Part shown: positions 1 through 12,689 of the stretch, one piece after another
Numbering within the stretch: the stretch's first letter is position 1
Layout: each line of letters starts with the position of its first letter
Assembly (NCBI GenBank): GCA_964035545.1
Contig: OZ037771.1
Span: forward strand, 507,628 to 571,627
Direction: 5' to 3'
DNA: 64,000 nucleotides
Origin: Bugula neritina
Lineage: Eukaryota; Animalia; Bryozoa
The notes under the pieces: model-generated
Told to the model about the DNA's origin: nothing
Database searches by the model: none
The model's input: the letters and a program-made list of their open reading frames with translations, nothing else
Translations under genes and position numbers: made by a program

Positions 1-93
1 ACAGTATAGACAGTATAAACAATATAGACAGTATAGACAGTATACACAGTAATACAGTATATATAGATAGTATATATAATACACAGTGAATAC

Positions 94-1590
94 CTTAGGT
101 TTAGAGAGAACAGGATCGCCAACGCCGTAGGTACCACCTCTACCACGATGCTGCATCTCCTCCTCAGCCAGTCTGAGTATGGCCTGGTGGACAACCAGGT
201 CAAACCTGTCAGCCATCGTCTTGTTCGGCCACCGAATACAGAAAGACACGAGTTTTGGTTGCTGAGTGGACTGGTCGATGTTAGTCCAGCGAATCATATT
301 CCTTGAGGTATCTCTGTAAGAAAGAGTGTGATTGGCTACATTCACCAGCTAATCAGATGTCTGAATGATGAGAACGTAGAGAATGTTCTCTGCAGCTACT
401 CAGCATAAAGTCTATAATCATTCATAAGAATCTAAATGAAGAATATCCCAGAGTAGCAACTTGAGCATCACCTGGAGACCTGCAGATATCACCTGGAGAC
501 CTGCAGATATCACCTGGAGACCTGCAGATATCACTTGGAGACCTGCAGATATCACCAGGAGACCTGCAGATATCACCAGATAAAGCCGTACCTCTGAAAC
601 TCTGTTTTACGGGAAACACTCTGGTTGATGAGGAGGTCTCCGTTGGAGTTCTTCATGTACAGCCGGTAGTCCAGTGGCTTAGAGTTGAGAACAACAATGA
701 GGTCTCCAGCACCACACGACTGTAGAATATGACAGATACAATGACCTCTACAGCACCACATGACTGTAGAATATGGCAGATACAATGACCTCTACAGTAC
801 CACACGACTGTAGAATATGACAGATACAATGACCTCTACAGCACCACACGACTGTAGAACATGGCAGATACAATGACCTCTGCAGGACCCTGAAGTAACT
901 CACCTTCCAGACGTGGTTGTGCTGATAGACGAACAACTCACAGTGTCCGTTGAACACAGTAGCATTGGAGTCAAAAGGATTGTCGAACCAGTCCAACAGC
1001 CACCCGTAACCTAAGGACCTAGCTGAGAGATAAAACACAGACTACAGCTGAGTTATATATAATACGTCAACACTACACATTAATAGTTACTAGTTATATA
1101 TATAGTTACAAGTTATATATAGTTACTAGTTATATATAGTTACAAGTTATATATAGTTACTAGTTATATATAGTTACTAGTTATATATAGTTACTAGTTA
1201 TATATATAGTTACAAGTTATATATAGTTACAAGTTATATATAGTTACAAGTTATATACTGTAGACTAAGTTACTTACCCAGAGTAGCCTTGTGTCTCCAA
1301 ATACCAACCGATACTTGCACAGTGAGCACAAACACCCCAAGATACACGAAATTCACAAACAGATTCTCAACACTAAAGAGGTAGTTCAGCAGACCAACAA
1401 CTTTCAATATGAAGTGAGGACTCTCCATATTGCCTACAAGCCAGATGGCTGCATAGCCACATGGCAGTACAGCTGTGATAGGGAAGGGCGTAGCCTCTCG
1501 GTGCCCGCATATCAGGAACTTAGTGAGTAAGAACTCAGCCACTGGAATTACACTTAGTATTGTCAACAGATCCAACAGGCTAAGCTGCAT
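94..1590 (-). CDS. Multi-exon gene: 3-4 hydrophobic N-terminal segments followed by a RanBD(RanBP1)/EVH1-like PH-fold domain; 3' end lies outside the window
   Basis: Phase-compatible GT-AG exons 1590-1278, 1022-904, 719-592, 313-94. Spliced peptide ...TVFNGHCELFVYQHNHVWKSCGAGDLIVVLNSKPLDYRLYMKNSNGDLLINQSVSRKTEFQRDTSRNMIRWTNIDQSTQQPKLVSFCIRWPNKTMADRF follows the RanBD pattern (KLF..WKERG.GDL..RL.M..L..N..W..D..P..F.IRF..A..F). Domain call is by eye. Confidence 0.65.
465..579. repeat. Intronic minisatellite, 21-bp unit ATCACCTGGAGACCTGCAGAT, ~5 copies
   Basis: Direct tandem copies; source of the spurious ORF 422..619. Confidence 0.9.
707..880. repeat. 44-bp tandem repeat (~4 copies) spanning the 3' splice site at 720/719
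   Basis: Units start at 707, 751, 795 and 839. Each contains, on the minus strand, TTCTACAG|TC(G/A)TGTGGT. Confidence 0.9.
1084..1257. repeat. Intronic ~17-bp minisatellite TAGTTAC(T/A)AGTTATATA
   Basis: ~10 tandem copies. Confidence 0.9.
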
Positions 1591-1967
1591 CTTACCTTCA
1601 GCCACTTCCTTTCACTCGGAATGCAAAACAATCATCTAGCAAATTGCTGTGGCTTCTATGTTGTCATGACAACCTCAGTATCATAGCAACAGGCAAAATA
1701 ATACAAATGATTCCAGTGTTTATGAAAATAAGAATGATTATTACGTCATCAAGTTATAAAATTGTACAGCTAGACCTGTCCATGAGACTCCAACAGACCT
1801 TTAAATTGACAGAAACAACAAATCCACCTTACGTGTTGACACAGCATACTTTTACTGTAAGCTTTTGAGTGAAATAAATATTATTTAAATTTGAGTTCCA
1901 AAATATCTTTTTTAAACTTTTGTAGACAATTTGAATAACAGCACAATGTTACCTGGCAACTGTGTGC

Positions 1968-2165
1968 AAGTCTATGTGGTACACAGTCTACCTGGTACAC
2001 AGTCTACGTGGTACATAGTCTACGTAGTACACAGTCTACGTAGTACACAGTCTATGTAGTACACAGTCTATCTGGTACCCAGTCTACCTGGTACACAGTC
2101 TACGTGGTACACAGTCTACGTAGTACACAGTCTACGTGGTACCCAGTATACTTGGTACACAGTCT
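1968..2165. repeat. 17-bp minisatellite (AGTCTACGTGGTACACA-like) downstream of the CNG stop codon
   Basis: ~11 tandem copies. Confidence 0.85.
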
Positions 2166-2225
2166 ATGATAGCTCTACATAGACTGTGGTCCAACAGAGA
2201 GGCGAGTAGGTGAGAGTAAGGGTGG

Positions 2226-5200
2226 CTACGTGTCATCTTCGTCTGTCTTTACTTCCTCTATGTCTGTCAGGAGAATGGGTGCTGCCTGATGGCTGACAGC
2301 GGAGTGTGTAGACTGAAAACCAGCATGCGTAGCCTTAGGAGCCTGTGGAGAATATATGGAGGAGCTACTTGGCCCCTCCTTTAAAGATGCAAAGTCACTT
2401 TTTATTATTCTTTCCAATTTGTTCATTTTGGCGGTGAGACTGGAGATCTCAGTGAGAGTTGTGGAGATAAACTCCCCGACTTGGTTCTCCAGTCGTGTCA
2501 TGTTCTCTTCCATGGACAGAACTCTGTTGTGGACCAGACTGGACGACCCTGACACAACACAGCAATATGTATGTGAATAGTCATCAGTTTATGTGTACCT
2601 GACTCAGCTAGTACAATACAGTCATCAGTTTATGTGTACCTGACTCAGCCAATGATATGAGAGACTGACGATCAGCTGGCCTATCAAAAGCATTGAGTTC
2701 GTCTGCAATGTTCAGCATATCTCTCCCCCTTTCATACAGCCTCTGCCTTGCCTAGTGTACAAAAAGAGGAAACAACTATTAACTGTGTTTAATTTGAGCA
2801 GTTCTTACCAAACCCAATAATATTGGATTACATAAATATACTGTTAGTACTACTCACTCACACTGTTAGTACTATTCACTGATACTGTTAGTACTATTCA
2901 CTGATACTGTTAGTACTACTCACTGTTACTGTTAGTACTACTCACTCACACTGTTAGTACTATTCACTGATACTGTTAGTACTACTCACTGATACTGTTA
3001 GTACTACTCACTCACACTGTTAGTACTATTCACTGATACTGTTAGTACTATTCACTGATACTGTTAGTACTACTCACTGATACTGTTAATACTACTTACT
3101 ACAGGGTAATCCTTCAGAAGAAGCCACAGATCTGATTTACTCAGGATCAGACAGTCGGTGTAGCCCACACTGATCACGTCAGCCACTCTTCTGTTTCCAA
3201 CTCTGCTGCCAGGAATCTCCAGGATGCTCAGTTCCCCGCACACGTCCCCTTGTTTCAGCCTCGTCAGTTCAGAGCCATCGTCACTTCGAACCTGCATTAT
3301 GATGATGTTGGTTACGTATTATAATGCTGACTTTCACAATAAGCCACTGGCTCAGATTTCACTTAGTCAGTCAGTGAGTCAGTGAGTCAGTGAGTCAATC
3401 AGTCAGTGCAGACTAGAATATGACTGGCACTCACCGAAAGTATTCCTTGTTTAATGATATACATTTCTCTGCCAATATCCCCCTTCTTACACACGTAGTC
3501 ACCAGGACTAAACACCTGTAACTTTAGCTTCAGGACCAACTCGGCCAGCAGGCCTGGCTCACAGTCTTTAAATATGGAGAGTCTGTTGAGAACTTTGAGA
3601 TTGACGTGCATAACTATTTCAGCTCTGCAACAACATTATACTGTATACTATATAACACACAGTAGACTAACTGTATATTATATAACACACAGTATACTAA
3701 CTGTATACTATATAACACACAGTAGACTAACTGTATATTATATAACACACAGTAGAACTAACTGTATACTATATAACACACAGTAGACTAACTGTATATT
3801 ATATAACACACAGTAGAACTAACTGTATACTATATAACACACAGTAGAACTAACTGTATACTATATAACACAGTAGAACTAACTGTATATTATATAACAC
3901 ACAGTAGAACTAACTGTATACTATATAACACACAGTAGACTAACTGTATATTATATAACACACAGTAGAACTAACTGTATACTATATAACACACAGTAGA
4001 ACTAACTGTATACTATATAACACAGTAGAACTAACTGTATATTATATAACACACAGTAGACTAACTGTATACTATATAACACAGTAGAACTAACTGTATA
4101 TTATATAACACACAGTAGAACTAACTGTATACTATATAACACACAGTAGAACTAACTGTATATTATATAACACACAGTAGAACTAACTGTATATTATATA
4201 ACACACAGTAGAACTAACTGTATATTATATAACACAGTAGACTAACTGTATATTATATAACACACAGTAGAACTAACTGTATACTATATAACATGCTGTG
4301 TAAGGCAGCAGCTCTAATGTCAGCATGAGTAGCCCGATACAGCTAATCAAGTGGACTCTAAAGAGAGCATTTCATTGATTTAGTAGATATTAATAGAGAG
4401 ACTGACAGCAGTGGTCTGGATATACCTCAGCTTGTCCGGCAGTGACAGCATGCAGTCCTCATCGTCCACACTCTCCTTGTTTGTCCACAAATAATCAAAC
4501 CAGTTGATGACTTTCTTTTCCAGACGAGCACTTACTTTCCTTATCTTCATGTACCTGCAGTTACGTATATATTACAGTGTTACGTATATATTACAGTGTT
4601 ACATATATACTGTGTTATATATATACTGTATTACATATAGACTGTGTTATATATATACTGTGTTACATATATATACTGTGTTATATATATACTGTGTTAC
4701 ATACATACTGTGTTACATATATACTGTGTTATATATATAGACTGTGTTAAATATATACTGTATTACATATAGACTGTGTTATATATATACTGTGTTACAT
4801 ATATATACTGTGTTATATATATACTGTGTTACATACATACCGTGTTACATATATACTGTGTTATATATATACTGTGTTATATATAGACTGTGTTACATAT
4901 ATATACTGTGTTATATATAGACTGTGTTACATATATACTGTGTTATATATATACTGTGTTATATATATACTGTGTTAAATATATACTGTATTACATATAG
5001 ACTGTGTTATATATATACTGTGTTACATATATATACTGTGTTACATATATATACTGTGGTACATATATACTGTGTTACATATATACTGTGTTATATATAT
5101 ACTGTGTTATATATAGACTGTGTTACATATATATACTGTGTTATATATAGACTGTGTTACATATATATACTGTGTTACATATAGACTGTGTTACATATAT

Positions 5201-8200
5201 ACTGTGTTACATATAGACTGTGTTACATATATACTGTGTTACATATATACTGTGTTACATATATACTGTGGTACATATATAGACTGTGTTACATATATAG
5301 ACTGTGGTACATATATACTGTGGTACATATATACTGTGTTACATATATAGACTGTGTTATATATATACTGTGATACATATATACTGTGATACATATATAC
5401 TGTGTTACATATATACTGTGTTATATATTACTGTGGTACATATATACTGTGTTATATATTACTGTGGTACATATATACTGTGGTACGTATATATACTGTG
5501 TTACATATATACTGTGGTACATATATACTGTGGTACATATATACTGTGTTATATATTACTGTGGTACATATAGACTGTGGTATATATATATATACTGTGG
5601 TACATACACATGATCAGCCATAAGAATCAATGAATGACCTTAAAATAATCAACTGCATTATTTGAAAAACACGACACTTAAAGGTCATTTAACTCAATGT
5701 CCTTTTGCTGTCTATTTTTGCGTGCTGCACGTCAATCCTGTAACCTAGCAACAGGTACACAAAAAGAAGGGAGTTAGGTCACTGCATTGAAGAGCTTCCT
5801 GGGTACACACAAGGGAGATAAAACATAGAACTGATAGTCAACTAGGTTAGTAGAATATATGTATATTAATGTATCACAGAATTATACTATACCACCCATT
5901 GATATTGTGCTTACAGAAACCTTTAACTCACAGTATTACCACTGAGGTAGCCAGGAAACATGTGTATGGAAGGTCTAATAACTATTAAACTATTCACACT
6001 AGAATAGTTTGAGTGATAAACTCGACATGAGATAACGTCACCTTTTCATTCCATCGAGTTTCTGAGTGAAGACGCTACGCTCGTGATTCATGTTGGTAAT
6101 CATGGAGCCCACGTTGCCAACTATCGTAGCAAAGATGAGAACTCCGACAAGGAAGTCGCAGACGACAAATATATACTCCACATCTATCTCTGGGTGGGGG
6201 GTCTCTCCTGTAGCAGAACAACAATTTATACACACTGACACCTGTCACTGACACCTGTCACATACACTGACACCTGTCACATACACCTGTCACATATACT
6301 GACACCTGTTGGTACAGACACTGACACCTGCCACATACACCTGTCACATACACTGACACCTGCCACATACACTGACACCTGCCACATACACTGACACCTG
6401 TCACATACACCTGCCACATACACTGACACCTGCCACATACACTGACACCTGTAACATCACCGACACCTGCCACATACACCTGTCACATACACTGACACCT
6501 GTCACATACACTGACACCTGTCACATACACTGACACCTGTCACATATACTGACATATGTCACATCACTGAATTAAAAGAAAACAAGCATCTGTGACATGA
6601 CTTACCAATGGTGAGCAGTGTGAGAGTAGACCAATAGAAAGAATATATATATTTCCTGCTGAGTCTAGCAGCTGCATCAGTAGAGTTGGTAGTGTCAGGG
6701 TACACCCACCGATCTGAACCAAACCCTATCCATCGACTAAGTAGGTAGTAGAAGCATGCATTCCAGTGGACGATTATTAATATATAGAGCACCAGGTTGA
6801 GAACACGAAACGCATTCGGGTAGCTATAAATAAACATTAGTCAAGTGCATGTACATGTATATATCAAACCATCACCAATAGACTGATTGAACTCATTACT
6901 GGCAGCAATGATGTCTCACTTGGTTCTGCGGATAGTCCGGTTGAAGAACTCCCCTAGTCTGTGTAACCTCAGCAGACGGTTGATACGAACCATGGAGTTG
7001 TTAGAGAAGGCAAAGTAGAGGAAGTCGGTGGGCAGGATACTCAGTACATCAAACTTGAACTCCGTCGACGAGACGTAATTACGAGCTAGTTTCCTGCTTT
7101 CTCTTACAACCATTCCATTTTCAAGAAAACCTATAAAATATAACTAATATAATACCTCAGATAAAACTAACTGTAATAACAATAGTTGCTGTCACACTAT
7201 CACTACTGACTGTCACAATATATACTGTCACTATATATACTGTCACTACTTACTGTCACTATATATTGTCACTACTATCACTATATTGAGTCACCTGTAT
7301 TGAGTCTGACCAGCATATCAAGCAGGTAAATAGTGTCACACAGATAGTCTAGGGTGTACCAGGTTGCACTATAATCAAGAGCAAGCTGGTCAAACACGGC
7401 TCTCGCTATCACAAATATGATGTTGTATAGAATGGCTATAGAGATGACAATGAGCCAGATGTAGTAACCAGCCATGGAGGGCTCTATCACAGAGTGTCTC
7501 CATCGGTGGAAACAGCAGAACCTGCAGACAAATATGCTTATGATCATTAATAGCGTGAGTGATGTCACAGCTAGTGTTTATGATGTCACAGCTAGCGTGT
7601 GTGATGTCACAGCTAGTGTGTGTGATGTCACAGCTAGCGTGTGTGATATCACAGCTAGCGTGTGTGATGTCACAGCTAGTGTGTGTGGTGTCACAGCTAG
7701 TGTGTGTGTGTGTGATGTCACAGCTAGTGTGTATGATGTCACAGCTAGTGTGTGTGATGTCACAGTTAGTCAGTGTGATGTCATAAAGTAGCAGACTGCG
7801 CAGGGAACATATTGCGTGGTGAGAGATGCTGATTCAGGTTATACAGTAGAGAGACATACAGCTTGTGATTGCAGCAGCCGTCCTTGCGTATTCGGCAGCT
7901 TGCCGGGGATCTCTGGTCAGCAGAGGTCATCTCTATAGTAGTGGAGAATCTGTGTAACGCCCCGTATTGAGACTTTGGTCTTTTAGCAAGCAGTTGCTAC
8001 AAGTATATTGGATACAGGGCTATATTACGCTGTGCAGTAGTACCATAGCAATATGCCCTGATGCAATGATTATTTTAGGAATAAATTGATACAGCCAGAG
8101 TATTGGAAAAGATGATTGCAATATATTCAGTATATTAATACAATATATCCAGTATATTAATACAATATATCCAGTATATTAATACAATATATCCAGTATA

Positions 8201-11200
8201 TTAATACAATATATCCAGTATATTAATACAATATATCCAGTATATTAATACAATATATCCAGTATATTAATACAATATATCCAGTATATTAATACAATAT
8301 ATCCAGTATATTAATACAATATATCCAGTATACTAATACAATATATCCAGTATACTAATACAATAAGACATAATATTATTTTACACAGCTTAGTTATATA
8401 CTATATACACTGCTATAGTTATATACTATATACACTGCTATAGTTATATACTATATACACTGCTATAGTTATATACTATATACACTGCTATAGTTATATA
8501 CTATATACACTGCTATAGTTATATACTATATACACTGCTATAGTTATATACTATATACACTGCTATAGCTATATACTATATACACTGCTATAGTTATATA
8601 CTATATACACTGCTATAGCTATATACTATATACACTGCTATAGTTATATACTATATACACTGCTATAGTTATATACTATATACACTGCTATAGCTATATA
8701 CTATATACACTGCTATAGTTATATACTATATACACTGCTATAGCTATATACTATATACACTGCTATAGTTATATACTATATACACTGCTATAGTTATATA
8801 CTATATACACTGCTATAGCTATATACTATATACACTGCTATAGTTATATACTATATACACTGCTATAGTTATATACTATATACACTGCTGTTGCTGCTGG
8901 TTTAACACAGAGCCAGATATCGGCAGTTACTGCATACATAAATACATGCTAATTAGCCGAGACTAACTAAACATGGCTATAGCTACACATCCTAAGTAAA
9001 GCACTAACCAGGCAGGGTGGACAACACAGAGCCCGTAGACACAAGTTGTTCTCATCAACACAGCCTGCAGAAGAACATTGTGAAGAGGTGTTATCTGCAG
9101 CAAGAGCTGCAGTCTGTCCCTCCGCTTTGGGAATAGTTGAGTTGACTCTGTCCGTCTGCTGAAACGCATCAGTTGGTACGAGTGAGCTAGCTCTTTGAGA
9201 TATGGTGAACAGTCTGCTGTAAATAGACGCCGTATTACTACACCAGACTCTGCCTTATCACTATACCATGTCGTATTACTACACCAGACTCTGCCTTATC
9301 ACTATACCATGTCGTATTACTACACCAGACTCTGCCTTATCACTATACCATGTCGTATTACTACACCAGACTCTGCCTTATCACTATACCATGTCGTATT
9401 ACTACACCAGACTCTGCCTTATCACTATACCATGTCGTATTACTACACCAGACTCTGCCTCATTACTACACTATGTCGTATTACTACACCATATAGTCAT
9501 ATATGAGTCAAGGAAACACAACATAGTAACCAGCACTTGAAGCAATATGAAAAGCACTAGAGAGCTGGAGTTGGAAGACACTACAGCTGAGTTAATTAGC
9601 TAGTATTCTATACTGAAAGTAAACATATATTAGTGTTGAAATATCTCATCAGCACTAGGGAAACACTGTGAAATGTTGAATGCCCTTGTCTACTATCAAC
9701 TCACGCATATACTGTACTATGAACAAAGTTCAAGAAATAAATTGGTTGTAGCAGCAGAACTTGAAGATGGGTGAGAGGGGAGGTGTCAGCGTGTCAGCTG
9801 TGTACCAAACTTGTTACTTTGTGTCAGCAACCTCAGCTGACAAAACACTACTCCAACATTGACCGGTCAACTATGTCATTCCAACAAGAAATTCAATAAA
9901 CTGCTTTAACAGACTGAAAATGAAATTTTAAATGACGGGTGAATTCAAATACAATATTAATCTCACAAGTCATGTGACACAGTAGGTAAACATGAGAAGA
10001 TTGCGTGGTACTGCAGTATTACACTCACTAAATGACTGTGGTAGCATAATACCGTGGCATAATATAGTACTTACACGTCGTGGTTATTGGAAACTGCTGG
10101 ATGAAAAGCGTAGATTTCAGGATCTTCGTTTTGTGATCCTCTAGACTTGTAACTACAACAAAATGTAGTTAATACAACAGTGTGTAGTTAATACAACAGA
10201 CTGTAGTTAATACAACAGTGTGTAGTTGATACAACAGTGTGTAGTTGATACAACAGTGTGTAGTTGATACAACAGTGTGTAGTTGATACAACAGTGTGTA
10301 GTTAATACAATAGTGTGTAGTCAATACAACAGAGTGTAGTTAATACAACAGAGTGTAGTTAATACAACAGTGTGTAGTTGATACAACAGTGTGTAGTTAA
10401 TACAATAGTGTGTAGTCAATACAACAGAGTGTAGTTAATACAACAGAGTGTAGTTAATACAACAGTGTGTAGTTGATACAACAGTGTGTAGTTAATACAA
10501 TAGTGTGTAGTTAATACAACAATGTGTAGTTAATACAACAGTGTGTAGTTAATACAACAGTGTGTAGTTGATACAACAGAGTGTAGTTAATACAACAGTG
10601 TGTAGTTAATACAACAGAGTGTAGTTAATACAACTAACACACATGTAACCAAACTGTCTCATAAAACCAAAGAATAATATTCACGCAATGCAGTATTGAG
10701 TGCAGGATGACGTCCACTGAAAGACACACAACAATGCTAATGTGTAGATACAGTAACTTTTGTGAGCAGAATAGAATGTTAAAATGTTTGAACTTCTCTC
10801 CTAATACCACTTCAGGCTCCTAACAAAATTATGTCGTGTATTTTACTTTACCAATGGTGACTAATTACATGCCCATTTGTCTATATATACATATGGTAGT
10901 TGTCTACACTCTTTAATAATTATTAAAAACTGAAATACTACCCCTAAATTTATATCAATTAGGATTTTAATTCTATGTTTTTGAGTTAAAACTCTGCAGA
11001 TGAAACTAACAATGTAAACAAGCAAAACATCAGTGGTTAGACTGTACTCTACTGCACAAACACATCTTAGGATGAAGTAAACTCTCCTTACAGGAAATTG
11101 AATGCAAGTCTAGTCTTGTAATAAAGATTGTTAAACTAATTTCCATTGATGAAGTTATCCGCGGTATTCCCAGTGTGGGACGCGTGCCAGCAGCTACGAT

Positions 11201-12689
11201 GTAGCATGCGCAGGGCTAAATCGGAGCTCATGTGCACCAACAATGTCAATGCTATTAATTGAGACTTGTTAATAATATAGTGCATTACATTGATAGGTAC
11301 ATGTAGAGTAGAGTGGCACAGCAGAGCATTAGAGGTAGTAGTCCATTTAATCTATACAGATACTAATTACACCTACAGTTTTAATACGAACTAAATAGTA
11401 TGTCAACCATTTCATCTGAAGTAGTATCATGTGTTCTAGTTGTATCTCAGAGTAGGCAGCTATGTAGTCCTTAGCGGAGGAGACAACAACTGATAGTTAG
11501 AATATAGCTATCAGTAAACTACTTGAGTCACCCAACATGGCTGACAAAGTGTGAAAACAGCCGAGTTATTATTAACCAGTAATGTATGAGGTAGAGGTGA
11601 GTAGAGCATAGCCTGGGTCCAGCTAGTCTATGCTCTGCGTCATGATACACCAATATACTAACAACTGAAGTCCTTTTCTAGTTATTTCTACAAATTGACT
11701 AAATTTATTTAATCTATAAGATTACATATTTTCATCTGTTCTAAGAATGAGATTTATAATATTAAGACTTGACACTTATTTAAGTTCTTTGAGATAAAAT
11801 TTAAATATAGAACACAGAGTATATAACACAAAGATGTAGAACACAGTCTATATAACACAAAGATATAGAACACAGTCTAAATAACACAAAGATATAGAAC
11901 ACAGTCTACATAACACAAAGAGGTAGAACACAGTCTACATAACACAAAGAGGTAGAACACAGTGTAAATAACACAAAGGATATAGTGGAGAAAGTTATTG
12001 GAACTGTCAATGGTTCAACATGCAAAGTGCACTTTTTATTGAGGAGGGGGTGTAGTGATGAATTAGTGTAATGCGGGCTATTACCTAGTGCCCGTATCAT
12101 GATATAGCTAATGGTAGGTCACTCAGCAACAGAGGAATGAAGACATTCAACAGAGAATCTGACAGAGACCTGGGGAGACTCAACCACACAGGTGAATAAG
12201 ACAGAATGAGTGTAGACAGCACATTCCAGACAGATGACTAACCTGCTACTGGCTTGATACTCCCTACAGAAGGTAACTGTTAACATGTCATAACCAGTCT
12301 CTACGCAACACCTCCCAGTCACGTTTACTGACAACAGCCAGAAATGTCAGTAAACAAACAGATCATGACAAGAGATTTAGAAACCACTTGGTTGTGAAAA
12401 CAAATACTGGCTGAATAATACCTTCCCATAATACACCAGCTGCCAATTAAGAGCTCATGAAATTCAATTTAAACTCAAAACAAACTCATCACACAGCTTC
12501 AACAACTGAAAGTTACAAAAATACGCAAAAAGAAGGAATTCTATAGAAAAACAAACCAAATAACAAAACAATAAACTAAAACTGTCAAGTTTAGAATATT
12601 GAAGAAAGAAGATGCTGAACTGACAAGATTTACCTCAGAACTTGATTGTCTCTCTTAAGTGAAGACAGAGCAGCAAATTTCCCGTACAT
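2226..12689 (-). CDS. Cyclic nucleotide-gated cation channel alpha-type subunit (CNGA/tax-4-like)
   Basis: Phase-consistent exons 12689-12634, 10152-10075, ~7996-7860, 7521-7295, 7130-6920, 6823-6606, 6207-6042, 4554-4426, 3624-3435, 3291-3100, 2751-2640, 2548-2226. Motifs: S4 [11 protein letters not shown], pore [17 protein letters not shown]6 [17 protein letters not shown]-linker [33 protein letters not shown]...GELSIL...GNRR. The first three exons are less certain. Confidence 0.93.
2839..3098. repeat. Intronic 22-bp minisatellite (sense unit GTGAGTAGTACTAACAGTATCA), ~12 copies, starting at the 5' splice site
   Basis: Plus-strand CTGTTAGTACTA(C/T)TCACT(GA/CA)(T/C)A repeats at 22-bp period. 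Confidence 0.92.
3640..4292. repeat. Intronic ~30-bp minisatellite ACTGTATA(C/T)TATATAACACACAGTAGAACTA, ~21 copies
   Basis: Direct tandem copies. Confidence 0.92.
4575..5605. repeat. Intronic 16-18-bp degenerate minisatellite ACTGTG(T/G)TACATATAT
   Basis: About 1 kb of tandem copies; source of the spurious Y/I/C/T/V-rich ORFs. Confidence 0.92.
6231..6555. repeat. Intronic minisatellite (CATACACTGACACCTG(T/C)CA)
   Basis: Tandem copies. Confidence 0.88.
7553..7783. repeat. Intronic 21-bp minisatellite GTGTGTGATGTCACAGCTA..
   Basis: ~10 tandem copies. Confidence 0.88.
8118..8888. repeat. Two adjacent intronic minisatellites: 22-bp CAATATATCCAGTATATTAATA (8118-8364) and 25-bp TAGTTATATACTATATACACTGCTA (8390-8888)
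   Basis: Near-perfect tandem copies. Confidence 0.92.
9229..9490. repeat. Intronic ~41-bp minisatellite GTCGTATTACTACACCAGACTCTGCCTTATCACTATACCAT
   Basis: ~6 near-identical copies. Confidence 0.9.
10162..10634. repeat. Intronic 19-bp minisatellite GTGTAGTT(A/G)ATACAACAG(T/A)
   Basis: ~25 tandem copies. Confidence 0.9.

Noticed and set aside
1278-1590. Hydrophobic N-terminus of the first gene as a transmembrane STING
   Set aside because: Downstream exons lack STING motifs and fit a RanBD/EVH1-like fold
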